From Amoebidium appalachense (taxonomy: Eukaryota > Protista > Ichthyosporea): 64,000 nucleotides of DNA. Location of the stretch: assembly GCA_963693365.1 (NCBI GenBank), contig CAVNZM010000018.1, forward strand, positions 1,571,399 to 1,635,398, read 5' to 3'. Both the position numbers and the translations under genes were made by a program. Below, one piece after another: positions 1-11,963 of the stretch. Numbering within the stretch: position 1 is the stretch's first letter; each line of letters starts with the position of its first letter. A model generated the notes under the pieces. The model saw only the letters and a list, made by a program, of their open reading frames with translations. It was not told the origin of the DNA and made no database searches.

Positions 1-1240
1 TTCATATGGCTAGAGGCACTTTTGTTGCCACCCACGAACCAATGGCCTGGGAGCATCCATGTTTTGGGAATAGCAGCATATAGGTACTAGGGAGGTGTGG
101 GCCAAGGGTCAGGGCTGCAGCCAAAATACCAAAAAAAAACCCCCTACATTTACAAACGTAAATGGTATTTTTTCTACATGTGCAACATCAACCTACCTCA
201 GAAAAGCACCAGATAATGAATAAAACGTGTTCCACGTGCAAGTAGCAGTTGAAACTTGGTTTAAAGTAGAATATGGGTGCTAGGAACGTGTGCACCGAGG
301 TTTAGCAGTGCACCACAAACCCCCACCAAGCCCCCCCACTTTCCCACCCGGCGGGTGCGTTTTTCCCATATGTGCCTTCATATGGCTAGGTGCCACTTTT
401 GTTGCCACCCACGAACCAATGGCCTGGGAGCATCCATGTTTTGGGAATAGCAGCACATAGGTGCTAGGGAGGTGTGGGCCAAGTTACAGGGCTGCAGCCA
501 AAATACCAAAAAAACCCCCCTACATTTACACCCGTAAATGGTATTTTTTTCTACATGTGCAACATCAACCACTCAGAGCACCACCAGATAATGAATACAA
601 CGTGTTCCACGTGCAAGTAGCAGTTGAAACTTGGTTTAAAGTAGAATATGGGTGCTAGGAACGTGTGCACCGAGTTTTAGCAGTGCACCACAAACCCCCA
701 CCAAGCCCCCCCACTTTCCCACCCGGCGGGTGCGTTTTTCCCATATGTGCCTTCATATGGCTAGGTGCACTTTTGTTGCCACCCACGAACCAATGGCCTG
801 GGAGCATCCATGTTTTGGGAATAGCAGCACATAGGTACTAGGGAGGTGTGGGCCAAGTTACAGGGCTGCAGCCAAAATACCAAAAAAACCCCCCTACATT
901 TACACCCGTAAATGGTATTTTTTCTACATGTGCAACATCAACCACTCAGGGCACCACCAGATAATGAATACAACGTGTTCCACGTGCAAGTAGCAGTTGA
1001 AACTTGGTTTAAAGTAGAATATGGGTGCTAGGAACGTGTGCACCGAGTTTTAGCAGTGCACCACAAACCCCCACCAAGCCCCCCCACTTTCCCACCCGGC
1101 GGGTGCGTTTTTCCCATATGTGCCTTCATATGGCTAGGTGCACTTTTGTTGCCACCCACGAACCAATGGCCTGGGAGCATCCATGTTTTGGGAATAGCAG
1201 CATATAGGTACTAGGGAGGTGTGGGCCAAGGTCCAGGGCT
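1..1240. repeat. Tandem satellite, ~373-bp unit, >=3.3 copies (continues off the left edge)
   Basis: The unit start ttcatatggctag recurs at 1, 377, 752 and 1125; the copies are near-identical. Confidence 0.95.
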
Positions 1241-1514
1241 ACAGCCCTAAAGCCCCCTAAACCCCGCCCATATGGTTACATACATCGTTTTATTCTCATT
1301 TTTTAAATGTAGCAAAACTGACATTACGATGTCAGTTTTGGTTGTGTAATTGTGGGTGTGTGTATGTATTATGTGTGTTTGTGTGTGTGTGGTGTAGGGG
1401 GGGAGAAGGGGAAGGGGGACGTCGTGGCAAATTCCTAAGGTCTAGGGGGACACCAGCACCATGTATGGTAAACGTAGCGAGTAATTGGTTTTTGAGGTTG
1501 TGTCTACCCTGCAG

Positions 1515-2199
1515 GTATAAAGATCAAGAGCCACCCGGGCCTCGATAAGACCGGTCTGCTGTGGTCTACCCTGGACAAGTTCTTTGTTCCCCCTGGCCAG
1601 GAGTTTGTGCCAAGCCCCTTCCTGGGCTCGGACCGCAGCAAGTGCCTCAAGTATCTGCCATTACAGACGCAGCTGCACCTGGCCTCCGTGTCCGAAGCAC
1701 AGGCCCGCAACGTTGACCGTCATACACTGCCTGTTCCACTGGGCTGCAAGGTGAAGGGTTGTACAACAGCTGCTACATCAGGCTGGGAGTGCCGGATGAG
1801 AGGGTGTGGCATAGAGTGGTGGCGTGTGACCAGTTCTACGGGCGGCGTGACCGGTACGACGACATCGTGATCCAGGGTCAGGACGGAGTTTGGTACGCAC
1901 GGACGGTGCTCCTATTTACGTGCGAGACGGAGGAATGCGCTGAGGATGGCCAACCGGGGGCGTCGGAAAAGGTCTTGCACCAGCTTGCCTTTGTACGGTA
2001 CTACACCGAGGTGGAGGTGGATCCCCTCACAGGGTGCAAGAAACTCCAAGTGGAAATGACAGGGACGGGTGCCCGGAGGAGGCCCAGATACGACGTCATC
2101 GACGTGGAATCCATACTGGGGACTTTCCACTGTATCCCCATGTATGCACAAGACGGGGTGCAGAAGAAGTTCCTGGTTAACCGGTTCGTGAATATGTAG
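1515..2199 (+). CDS. Terminal exon of a Plavaka/CACTA (CMC)-like transposase, with an apparent frameshift near 1757
   Basis: Acceptor ctgcag ends at 1514. The frame GIKIKSHPG...LGCKVK switches to LYNSCYIRL...FYGRRDRYDDIVI...YARTVLLF...LAFVRYY...DPLTG...VIDVESILGTFHCIP...FLVNRF*. This resembles the C-terminal block of fungal Plavaka-type transposases. Confidence 0.6.
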
Positions 2200-3232
2200 A
2201 GGTAGCAATGGGTGAGGCTATGCAAATTGTCGTACCCTTAAAAGATGCCTTTATGGGGACTTTTAGACTACATTTTCCTTTTTTCCCATCTCGATCACCC
2301 CCACATCCGAACCTTTCGGATATCTTTATGAGATCTGTTTGACAATATGTTGATGTCTGAATCGAGTGCATAATTTTTGTTTTCGGCTTGGATTCACTTA
2401 ATAATGCCAATCGTTGCCGCATCTATATGTATCTGTGGACCCTGTAGTGGCCACATCAGCTAACAAATAACGGAAAGGGTTGTGGCCATTAGTATATCTA
2501 GTAACAATGCTGACAGTTACCGTAAGCCTGCCCGCCCACATGGGCCCGTATGGACAACTAAATGACGACTTAGTGGCGGGTTTATGATGTCTCGGACGAT
2601 GGAATTTGTGCACGCGCACGTGCACCAAGTCTGTGACACAAGGGTGTTGCTCCTCTGCCATATCTGATACGACTTCTTTCATGAATCATTCATTTATGCA
2701 ACAATATTATTATCTGTTATAAATTATATCAAAATATATCTTTACAACCAAGGTTGTTGGTAATTATCTACACTAGCCATATGGGTGGAATGGCTGGCTC
2801 CCTTCATTTGCACGCCTCTGTCTGGCAACCTTTAAATGAATAATATAGGCGTGTTTTATCAAAGTATTACTTTTATAAATCTTATAATTTTCAGCTGTTA
2901 ATTCCTGAGCCAGTTCTACCACATTAAAGCGTGATCAAAATCAATTTTGCGGTCTCCCGGCAAGGATGGTGGTCTGCTTTGCACGCCTCCAGAAAAATTA
3001 TGTGATCCAATCACATGACGCGAAATCCTATCTCTCAAATCCGTGAATATTCATTGGCTTTCATTCCACGCCGCGCACCGCCCGGAGCGGCGCGCGGCGC
3101 GCGGAGTCGATCACACTGTGGAAACCATATCATCAGTCAGTCAGTCAGTAGGTTTGCATATGCTCACGGCCACACATGCACAGTAGCTTTTTGCTGCCTG
3201 GCATACTGCTATCCACCAATGATTGAACAAAA

Positions 3233-4397
3233 ATGGCGGCCCGAAACGTTGCTGTAAATGCACCCGCACATGCTGTTACACAGGGCTCACCATTTACCTC
3301 AGAAATGGTGACTGCATACGTTAACTTTTACGTTGAACACCATGGTGAATACGTGGCATGTGACGAGGGTTCTAGGCACCCCGCGGGCTTCTGCGCCCTG
3401 TGTAATAAACAGGGCATCCGTGTTCTCTCTCAACACCTTATTGACGCCCACCGAGATACAATTCGCCATTACACTGGCTACGAAATAGGCATGCTGCTGC
3501 AGACCCATCGCGTTCCTAAGGCTGAGCATGCACTAGTGTGGGCCGTGAGCGATGATTCAGAATATGAACGCGCTACATGGATTGCTTACCGCAAGCGAAA
3601 AAACCAGACTGCATACCGCAAAACCGACAAGGGGAGGCGTACAAACCGCAGTCTACAACTGCTGAAACGGCAAGTGCTCAACGCCTGGGCCTTCCACACT
3701 GGCGCCATGGACGGTATTGGCGGGAACATAACACAGCGTATGGCCGTCGATACATACCGAATGGTCAGGGATGCTCATTTGGCAGCACAGACAGACATCT
3801 CCGCTTCGTTGAACGATGCCCAACAACGATTTATCACTGCATTCGCCGACCATATGGTTAGGCTCGCAAATATTGCCGTCCTTAACCGCGACACGTCGGC
3901 GGCTGTACGACAACTCATGGTGCCAGGGGCCTGTAATTTTACATGGGAGGAAGATAAAGTTGTGGAGATATCCTTTGAAGAAGTGCGTGGTTGGCACCTT
4001 CTCCACTTCGCTACAGGCCAAAAAGTACTACACGCGGATAAAAATGGAAACTGTGCTGCCCAACATTAACGCCGAGATTGACTGGTCGCACCCGGACACA
4101 AAAGCCGAGGTAAACAGGGTGTTTCAAAAAAACCTGAAAGACAGGGAGCAACAGTTGTGGACGGCAATCTACCAATATATCACAGTCAGAGCCGCCAGTG
4201 GGAATTTCCGTTATAGCGACCCAATAGACATGGGAGAATACCTCCCTGGGCTAGTTGCAGAGATGGGCGCTTCAATGGACGACATAGAGCTTCCCTCATA
4301 CCTTGCCATGTGTGGCTTCGATGAGGAAGCACAAGAGTTGTTTCTCGGACAGGCTGGGCCAGAGCCAGACGAGGAGATGGGCGAAGACGCAGAGTAA
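3233..4397 (+). CDS. Intronless C2H2 zinc-finger/basic-helix protein split over two overlapping frames (3233-4069 and ~4020-4397); probable transposon cargo
   Basis: CALC-x10-HLIDAH zinc finger, then basic RKRKNQTAYRKTDKGRR. The second frame (KKYYTRIKMETVLP...acidic tail) joins the first if one C is removed from ggcc at ~4018. Confidence 0.55.
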
Positions 4398-4519
4398 ATT
4401 TTCTGTTTGTTGATGAGTGGGGGTGTAGGGGGTTTGGTTTTCACGTGTGTCAGTAGCCTGTAACATATAGGCGCTGTGCCGATGTCAGAAGTTTAAGTGG
4501 ACTGCAACCCAACCTTTTA

Positions 4520-6180
4520 GGTATATATTGACATCCAAATAGTATAGGTTTACTACGAAAAAGATATCAGAACTTATCGTTATAGCATCTTTACATTCTC
4601 CTGCTGATATCATTATATACATGTTGACATCCAAATGGTATAAGTTTATGGCTAAAAAGATATCAGAACTTATCAATATAGCATCTTTACATTCACCTGA
4701 TGTCCATCTTGCGATGCTTAAAAGTGCACGGAATCGATCTAGCCTGGGTCCAAAAGATGCCTCGAACCCATCCCAGGAATCTCATGATGACCATCCAAAA
4801 CACATCAAAGGGACAATTGCAAGACACCATAATGTGCATATATAGATTCATCTTCAGACAACTAACGGCTCCTGAAAAGTGCATACAAGGACCACTTAAA
4901 GACCCTAGAGAGATGCTGTGGACTCCATTCTAGTATGAGAATTGCATCCAGCAACATTATAGCATCTATATATGCCTATCATGTGCACCGGGTAATCCAC
5001 AAACCATCTATGACGTCGTGGATGTGGACCATCGCAAAGATCACATAGAGACCCTAACTAGATATCATAAAGTGCACATGCTGTGCCTAGAACAGGGATA
5101 AATCAGGAATGATGATATAATATGCACCAGAAATACACTTAGACATCTGAGGGTACCTAGGGGGTACATATGGATGGGAAAAGGATAGGATATTCAGAGA
5201 TCTGTAATACCACATCATCAACACCATAGGTCCACATGTAGATGCCTTCAAGTGCACGGAATCGATCGAGCCAGGGTCAAAAAGATGTCACAAACCCATC
5301 CCAGAAACCTCATGATGACCATCCGAAAGGCATCTAAAAGACCACGTAAAGGCCATATAAGATGCAAATATGGTTTTCCCTCATGACAACTAAATGATCC
5401 TAAAAGGTTCATTAACAGACCACTTAAAGACGTCAAAAAGATGCTGTATACCAGGAATAGCGTCCAGCAACATTAAAGCAACCATATATGCCTATCATGT
5501 GCACCACCCAATCCACATACCATCTATGACGTCGTGGATGAGGTCCATCTACAAGAGCACATAAAGACACTTTGTCGATCATTAAAAGTGCATATGTTGT
5601 GCATATAACAGCGAAAAAACAATATGGATCATATAAAATGCACTAAAACTAGTCTTGGACATCATAGGGGACTTAGGGGGTAGAAATGGATGGGAAGAAA
5701 ATATGATCATATAAAGTGGTCCATATAATGTCTATGTGCACCGGAAATAAACTAGAAGTACACTTGGACGTCCTGGAGTACTTAGGGTGTACTTTGGGAT
5801 GGGTACAAGAAAAGAGCATTTAATGTGGTCTTTAGATGGTCCATATCACCACCCAAACCCCACCAAATTGTGTTTGGAAAATTTTGAACATCGGGGCATT
5901 TAATATGCATTTAGGATGGGTTGTAGATCATTTCATGACACCATAGTAGATGCCTTGCGGTGCTGTTCTGGATGATGGATGATATCAAGTCCCCTTTATC
6001 CCCTCCTGGACATCATAGATGAGTTATGGATAGTGGCCATCCAAATTGTTTACGACCCCCACATCCCATCTAGATGTCATCATGTAGGTAGGTTGTGGTG
6101 GATGTGTGGGGTGGATATGGTGGGAGGACCCCCAAAAGGTGTCCTGGATGGGATCCGGATCGCCGAACAAGATTGCTGAT
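4520..6180. mobile_element. Degenerate subterminal repeat region and possible right end of the CACTA-like element
   Basis: A ~95-bp duplication (4525/4620) and a ~530-bp diverged duplication (agtgcacggaatcgatc... near 4722 and 5250). The region ends in ...ttgctgatg (reverse complement CATCAGCAA), similar to CMC/EnSpm termini. The left end is not in the window. Confidence 0.4.
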
Positions 6181-6341
6181 GACAAACCGGACAAGGAATA
6201 ATCTATCACGGCACATTTTAAAGATACACATACTATTTGCACACAGACCTACCACCTGATGAGGCGGAGTGTCCATTTTGCTTCTCTCTCATTCTCTCTC
6301 CCTCTCTCCCTCCCTCTCCCTCCCTCTCCCTCCCTCACCCC

Positions 6342-6372
<31 letters not shown>

Positions 6373-6651
6373 CCCCCCCTTCTCTTTCCTTCTCTCTCTT
6401 GCCCAAGTAGATGTAAAGTGTCCCACATTTCGCAACACATCAGCACGTGCTGGCCTACAAACATACTGCACACCTGCTTGCAACACTGCTCATGCTCGTG
6501 TGGTACGCCATACGCTGAGTGCTGTGCTGTAATACTTATGTATTCGTTTGTGCTGCACAGGTGATGTCACCAATTGCTCTCAGTTCAAACCTGGCGTTCA
6601 TGGAAACTCCTTTGACTGACAGGTCATGCAAACTCTGCACTGCTCCCGGTA

Positions 6652-6687
<36 letters not shown>

Positions 6688-6694
6688 TTCCTCC

Positions 6695-6870
6695 CTTCTC
6701 CACCCCCATCCCTACCCTGCGCCAAGAAAAGAACATGCCCCCCCCCCCCCTCCTCCTCCTCCTCCTCTCCACCCCCATCCCTACCCTGCGCCAAGAAAAG
6801 AACATGCCCCCCACCCCACCCCCCCTCCTCCTCTCCACCCCCATCCCTACCCTGCGCCAAGAAAAGAACC
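6695..6870. repeat. Three copies of ctccacccccatccctaccctgcgccaagaaaagaac separated by poly-C
   Basis: Directly visible. Confidence 0.85.
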
Positions 6871-7029
6871 AGGTGTCTCTGCTATGTGAGGTAGCCTAGC
6901 AGTCTCTGAGACTCCAATACACACCCGATTGCACACACTGATCGCTTGCACCTTCACACACCAACCCACAGGCCTGCGCAAATGAATACACAAAATGTAC
7001 ACATCACCACACACACCGTCAAGCACATA

Positions 7030-7077
<48 letters not shown>

Positions 7078-7302
7078 GCAGTGGCGGGTCTGGAAGGGCA
7101 CAATGAAGCTCCCCGCAGCTAATTCACACCTTTGTATTAAAGTTCTATACCTTTCTTTTCCTGGTCCCCCCACAGCATGTTTTGGTACTATATTGATTTG
7201 TCGGATTCCAACAGGTGGTAATTCGAACATCGTGCTGGATACCTCTGATACCCCTGGGCGTGTCATGAAGAGGGCTCGGCTGCAGCACAAGAACTTCGGC
7301 AT

Positions 7303-7336
<34 letters not shown>

Positions 7337-7497
7337 GGGGAAAGGCTTTCGCTTCTGATTCTCCGCAGTTACTTCCCCCCTCCCTTCCCTCTCCTTCAAT
7401 ATTTTTCCTCCTCCACCGGGTGGCATATGGCATCCACGTCTGTGTGGTCCTGTCTGTACTTGTCCACCACGTCTGTGTGGTCCTGTCTGTACTTGTC

Positions 7498-7529
<32 letters not shown>

Positions 7530-7846
7530 AAAAAAAAAAAAGAAAGAAAGAAAGAAAGAAAGGTCAGGGAAAAAGGTGTGCGTTGTTTTAACTACTTGCA
7601 TTAGAAGGATCTGGCAGCCCACTCTCTCATCTGTATCATCGATTTTTTACAGTAAATATAATTCTTTTTAATTTTGATTTACGCAAAAAATGATTAGAAC
7701 TCCTTACCTCAGCCCCTTCTGTTGCAAGATAATAATGTGTTTTTCATTCCTACAGACAACCCATTCACTCATGGGCAAGACGCACGTGTAGCGACTGTCA
7801 ACACCCCTTTTCAGGGAACTCGTGGGCACAGTGAGCCTAGTGGTCA

Positions 7847-7880
<34 letters not shown>

Positions 7881-8567
7881 TTAATATTTATGCACACACC
7901 CGCTTTGTTGGGCTCATCCGCTCATGTACATGTGAGAGCATACGCCTGCAAACTGTTTACATGTATTACTAAGATATAGCGTTGCTGATTCTGTGAACAC
8001 ACGGCATTACAAGCTTGTTACCAGCATGTATGTGGATATGTAATCGTGTGTGTGGACGTGTTTCTGGAAGGATGCGCATGTATACAGGCATGTTGTATGC
8101 ACGTGCTTATTTGTTTTTTGTTTTTTTTTCTTTTTTTGGGGAGGGAGGGGGAGGGGGGGGGGGGGGGGGGGGGCTTACCCTTTGCTTTTTGGAGGTAGGT
8201 GATATGTGCGAGTCTATTCATACATTCATGTGCGGGTGCGCGTGGGTCGGTGAGCAGGCGGGGATGATGTGCTGTGTTGGGTGTTGTTTGTTTGTGCACG
8301 GTGGGTGCATTTCGTATTCATCAGTATGTGTGTATATGTTGTGTGCATGTGTGAGTGTTGTGTGTGCGTGTGCGTGTGCATGTGCGTGTGTGTTTGTATA
8401 TGTATGTGTGGTAGTTCCTGTTGTACGTAATGAGAAAAATGCCCTTTGTAGAGTATTGTTTGTATAAACGCTGTTTGACTCCGCGATCTTGTCTGATCTG
8501 TTGTGAATCCGATACATACTCCATGACAGGTATAAAACACAGTGTAACTAACCTTCTGAATTACCAG

Positions 8568-8881
8568 GCTGCTGTTCTATTCTATCCCTCTGCAATGGAA
8601 GAGAAACCAGCCAAAATATGCAGGCAACAGTCTGCGGAACTTGGCAAACTTCCTGGTAAGTCGTTCTGCTCTTTCCAATTCTTTTCAAGTTGGGCACATA
8701 TGCACTACTGAGTCCCCCCCACCCCCCACCCCTGGTCATTCGTTTATCTGTGACCCTTCTACCTTTTCTTCCCTGCAATCTCTTCCCCTCGATCTATCTA
8801 TGCACCTATCTATCTAACTGGCATCCAACCTCAGCTCTCTCTGTATGCTTGTCTATTTATGTGTTCTGCATACTCACGATT

Positions 8882-8926
<45 letters not shown>

Positions 8927-9077
8927 TTCCTCCTCCCCCAGGCACATGTCATCCGTTTTCGAGTGCACACACACACTCAGATGCCGGTGCGCACACTAGC
9001 GCACACATTGGTGCACGCGCACACACTCACACGCACGCGCGCGCGCACACACACACACACTCACTCACTCACTCACT

Positions 9078-9157
<80 letters not shown>

Positions 9158-10060
9158 TACACATCAGGCACGATGGGAGCTACCGCTGGTGTTGAACATG
9201 CTGAAGAGCAGGACGGTGAACACACAAGGCCGAGAAGGCAGGGGTGTTGCATTGGATGAGCACAAGGAGCACAAGGAGTGACACATGCCTATTTCACGGA
9301 GCTGATGGGCAGGGCCAAAGGACACATGCATGGCAACACAGACCCAAATACGATAAGGCTCATGTACGCTGTGCAGGCCCTTTTGAAGTCGGCGCTTCGC
9401 ATATTTGGTATTGTTTCCTTGATTCCCCCCCCCGCCCCGCAAATCACACACACACACACACACGAAGGGATAGTGTGTGTGTGTGCGTGCGTGCGTGCGT
9501 GTGCCTGTGCCTGTGCATATGTGTGCATGAGAGCAGGCGAAAACACCACACACTATGTAATGAACAGTGGGCACGTTTACTTCCCTCTGTGATGAGACAC
9601 AGGAAAGAAATATCAGTGCCAAAATAGAGTAGTGGATGGCGGCACGCTGGTGACGTGCGTGTGCGCTTGTGTGCCGGAGAGTATGTACATTATCTGGGAC
9701 ACTAATACAGCAGCCAAATGTTTGTAGATAGAAATTTTAACTTTTGTATTGTTAGTGTTTTACTGTTGCTTGCTAAATTTTTCTTGTCACGTATTTTTAC
9801 TGTGTGTGGGTGTGTGTGTGTGTGTATATATATAACATATGTCGCCCATCTCCATGGATGTGTGTGCGCCAGAGTGTGCGTGTGTGCGAGTCTCTATGCA
9901 AGTGTGGGTGGGAGTTTTTTTTGTTTTGTTTGTTTGTTTGTTTGTTTGTTTGTTTGTTTTCTTTGCTTGTGTGTGAGTGGGAGGTTGCATGTCGGTTGCT
10001 TGGTTTAGTGTATGTTTTTTTTTTTTGTTATAATTGGGGTGGGTGTGGGTGGGTGTGGGT

Positions 10061-10092
<32 letters not shown>

Positions 10093-10428
10093 GCATGCCT
10101 GTTGCTTGGTTAAGTGTATGTGCTCACAGATAGTGCCGCAGAGATGGAAACCAAGGGGACGAAAGGCAACAAATACAAGGAGGATCGGTGGAGGGAACGA
10201 GCAGAATTGATACGGTGGATAGCAAGCGACCTGCTCGATGATAATTCTAAAACGAATCCCAATGAACCCCACTGCTACGCTTGTTGCGACGGTCGCCCGC
10301 TGGAGGGTGCAAACAAGGTTCACCCTCTTGATATGGATGGGTGGCTAAGTTGGCTACAGGAGAGCGTTGTCACCATCAATAAGCGGGAGGACCCAGAGCT
10401 GAACAACTGGATGAATGCTATGGCATAG
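8568..10428 (+). CDS. Spliced DUF6589-like gene, possibly degenerate; exons 8568-8655, 9168-9407, possibly ~9538-9655, and 10130-10428; upstream exons possible in 6560-8400
   Basis: Branch point CTAAC at ~8548 and GT-AG borders. The joined peptide LLFYSIPLQWKRNQPKYAGNSLRNLANFL|ARWELPLVLNMLKSRTVNTQGREGRGVALDEHKEH fits the KYA...W...R.VN..G..G....D...EH pattern of DUF6589. Frameshift near 9275. Confidence 0.55.
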
Positions 10429-11164
10429 CAAATGCAGATGGAGCGGAAAAGGACCCGTGTGTGTGTGTGCGCGCGCAAGCACGTGTGTGTGTTTGTGTGC
10501 GGTTGCTTGTGTGCGTGCCGTGTCTTTTTCTCCCTTTCTCCTTTTGAAGGCCTTTTCTTTATTTGCCCGGGACTCGGGGGGGGGGGGGGGGGGGGGGGCT
10601 GAAAGCGGTGGCCCTTTGTCTGTTCGTGTAACTTAGTTTACTAGTAACTAGCAGCACATACTCTAGCATGTGATTGGGTTCAATCTACTATTTAAAATAT
10701 ACTTAGGGCCAGCATACTTCAATTACTTAACTCTACTTTACAACACGTGCACTCAATTAGTCAACTATGTACAAAATGTCGAGACCTAAAACCTAGTAAT
10801 GAGTAGTATGCAACAGAATTATGGGGTGGTCCACACACGACTGGACAAGACATTTCAACATTATCAGATAGCAAATTCATAGCATACACATGAGTATGCT
10901 CGGTCACAGTACTAACAAACAGTAAACCAAAATACAGCATTTTACAAAGAATGAAAAACACTGGCTGCTGCAAACCCCCCCCCCCCCCCCCCCCCCTCCC
11001 CCCACAACCACCACCACCCGCCGCACCCCCCCCCCCCCCCCTCCACCCCTCTCCCCGCCCCGCCCCACCTCATCCCACAAGTTCCCTTCCCCGCCCCCAC
11101 CGCAAACACACACACACACACATGACAACCAAAAGGCACGTTTTTATGCATCCATACAAACTTT

Positions 11165-11689
<525 letters not shown>

Positions 11690-11963
11690 TGCTAAGAATG
11701 CGTGCGCCACACGTTGTCGTGTACGCATCAGCAAGGCAAAAGAGTTCCTCGCAAAGTTGGAAAACGATGCTACGAGCGTGATAGACACGGACACGAAGGA
11801 ACCAATGTTTTCTGGTGAGAAACTGCTCGAGCGCAAACGCCGATGCGAGATGGAAATCGAGCTCTTCTGCGAACTGTTCGCGCTGGCGGAAGGTCGTGCA
11901 TACGACCCCGTAAGCGACAAGTGGGAACCAACCCCACAGGTGTCGGACCAAACCGATGCCTAA
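11690..11963 (+). pseudogene. C-terminal remnant of LINE ORF1, truncated at the unit junction
   Basis: The frame is open from the junction with no initiating ATG (SAKNACATRCRVRISKAKEFLAKLE...QTDA*), and its stop overlaps the ORF2 start (accgATGccTAA). Confidence 0.55.

Noticed and set aside
378-1207. Repeated 60-65 aa ORFs
   Set aside because: By-products of the 373-bp satellite.
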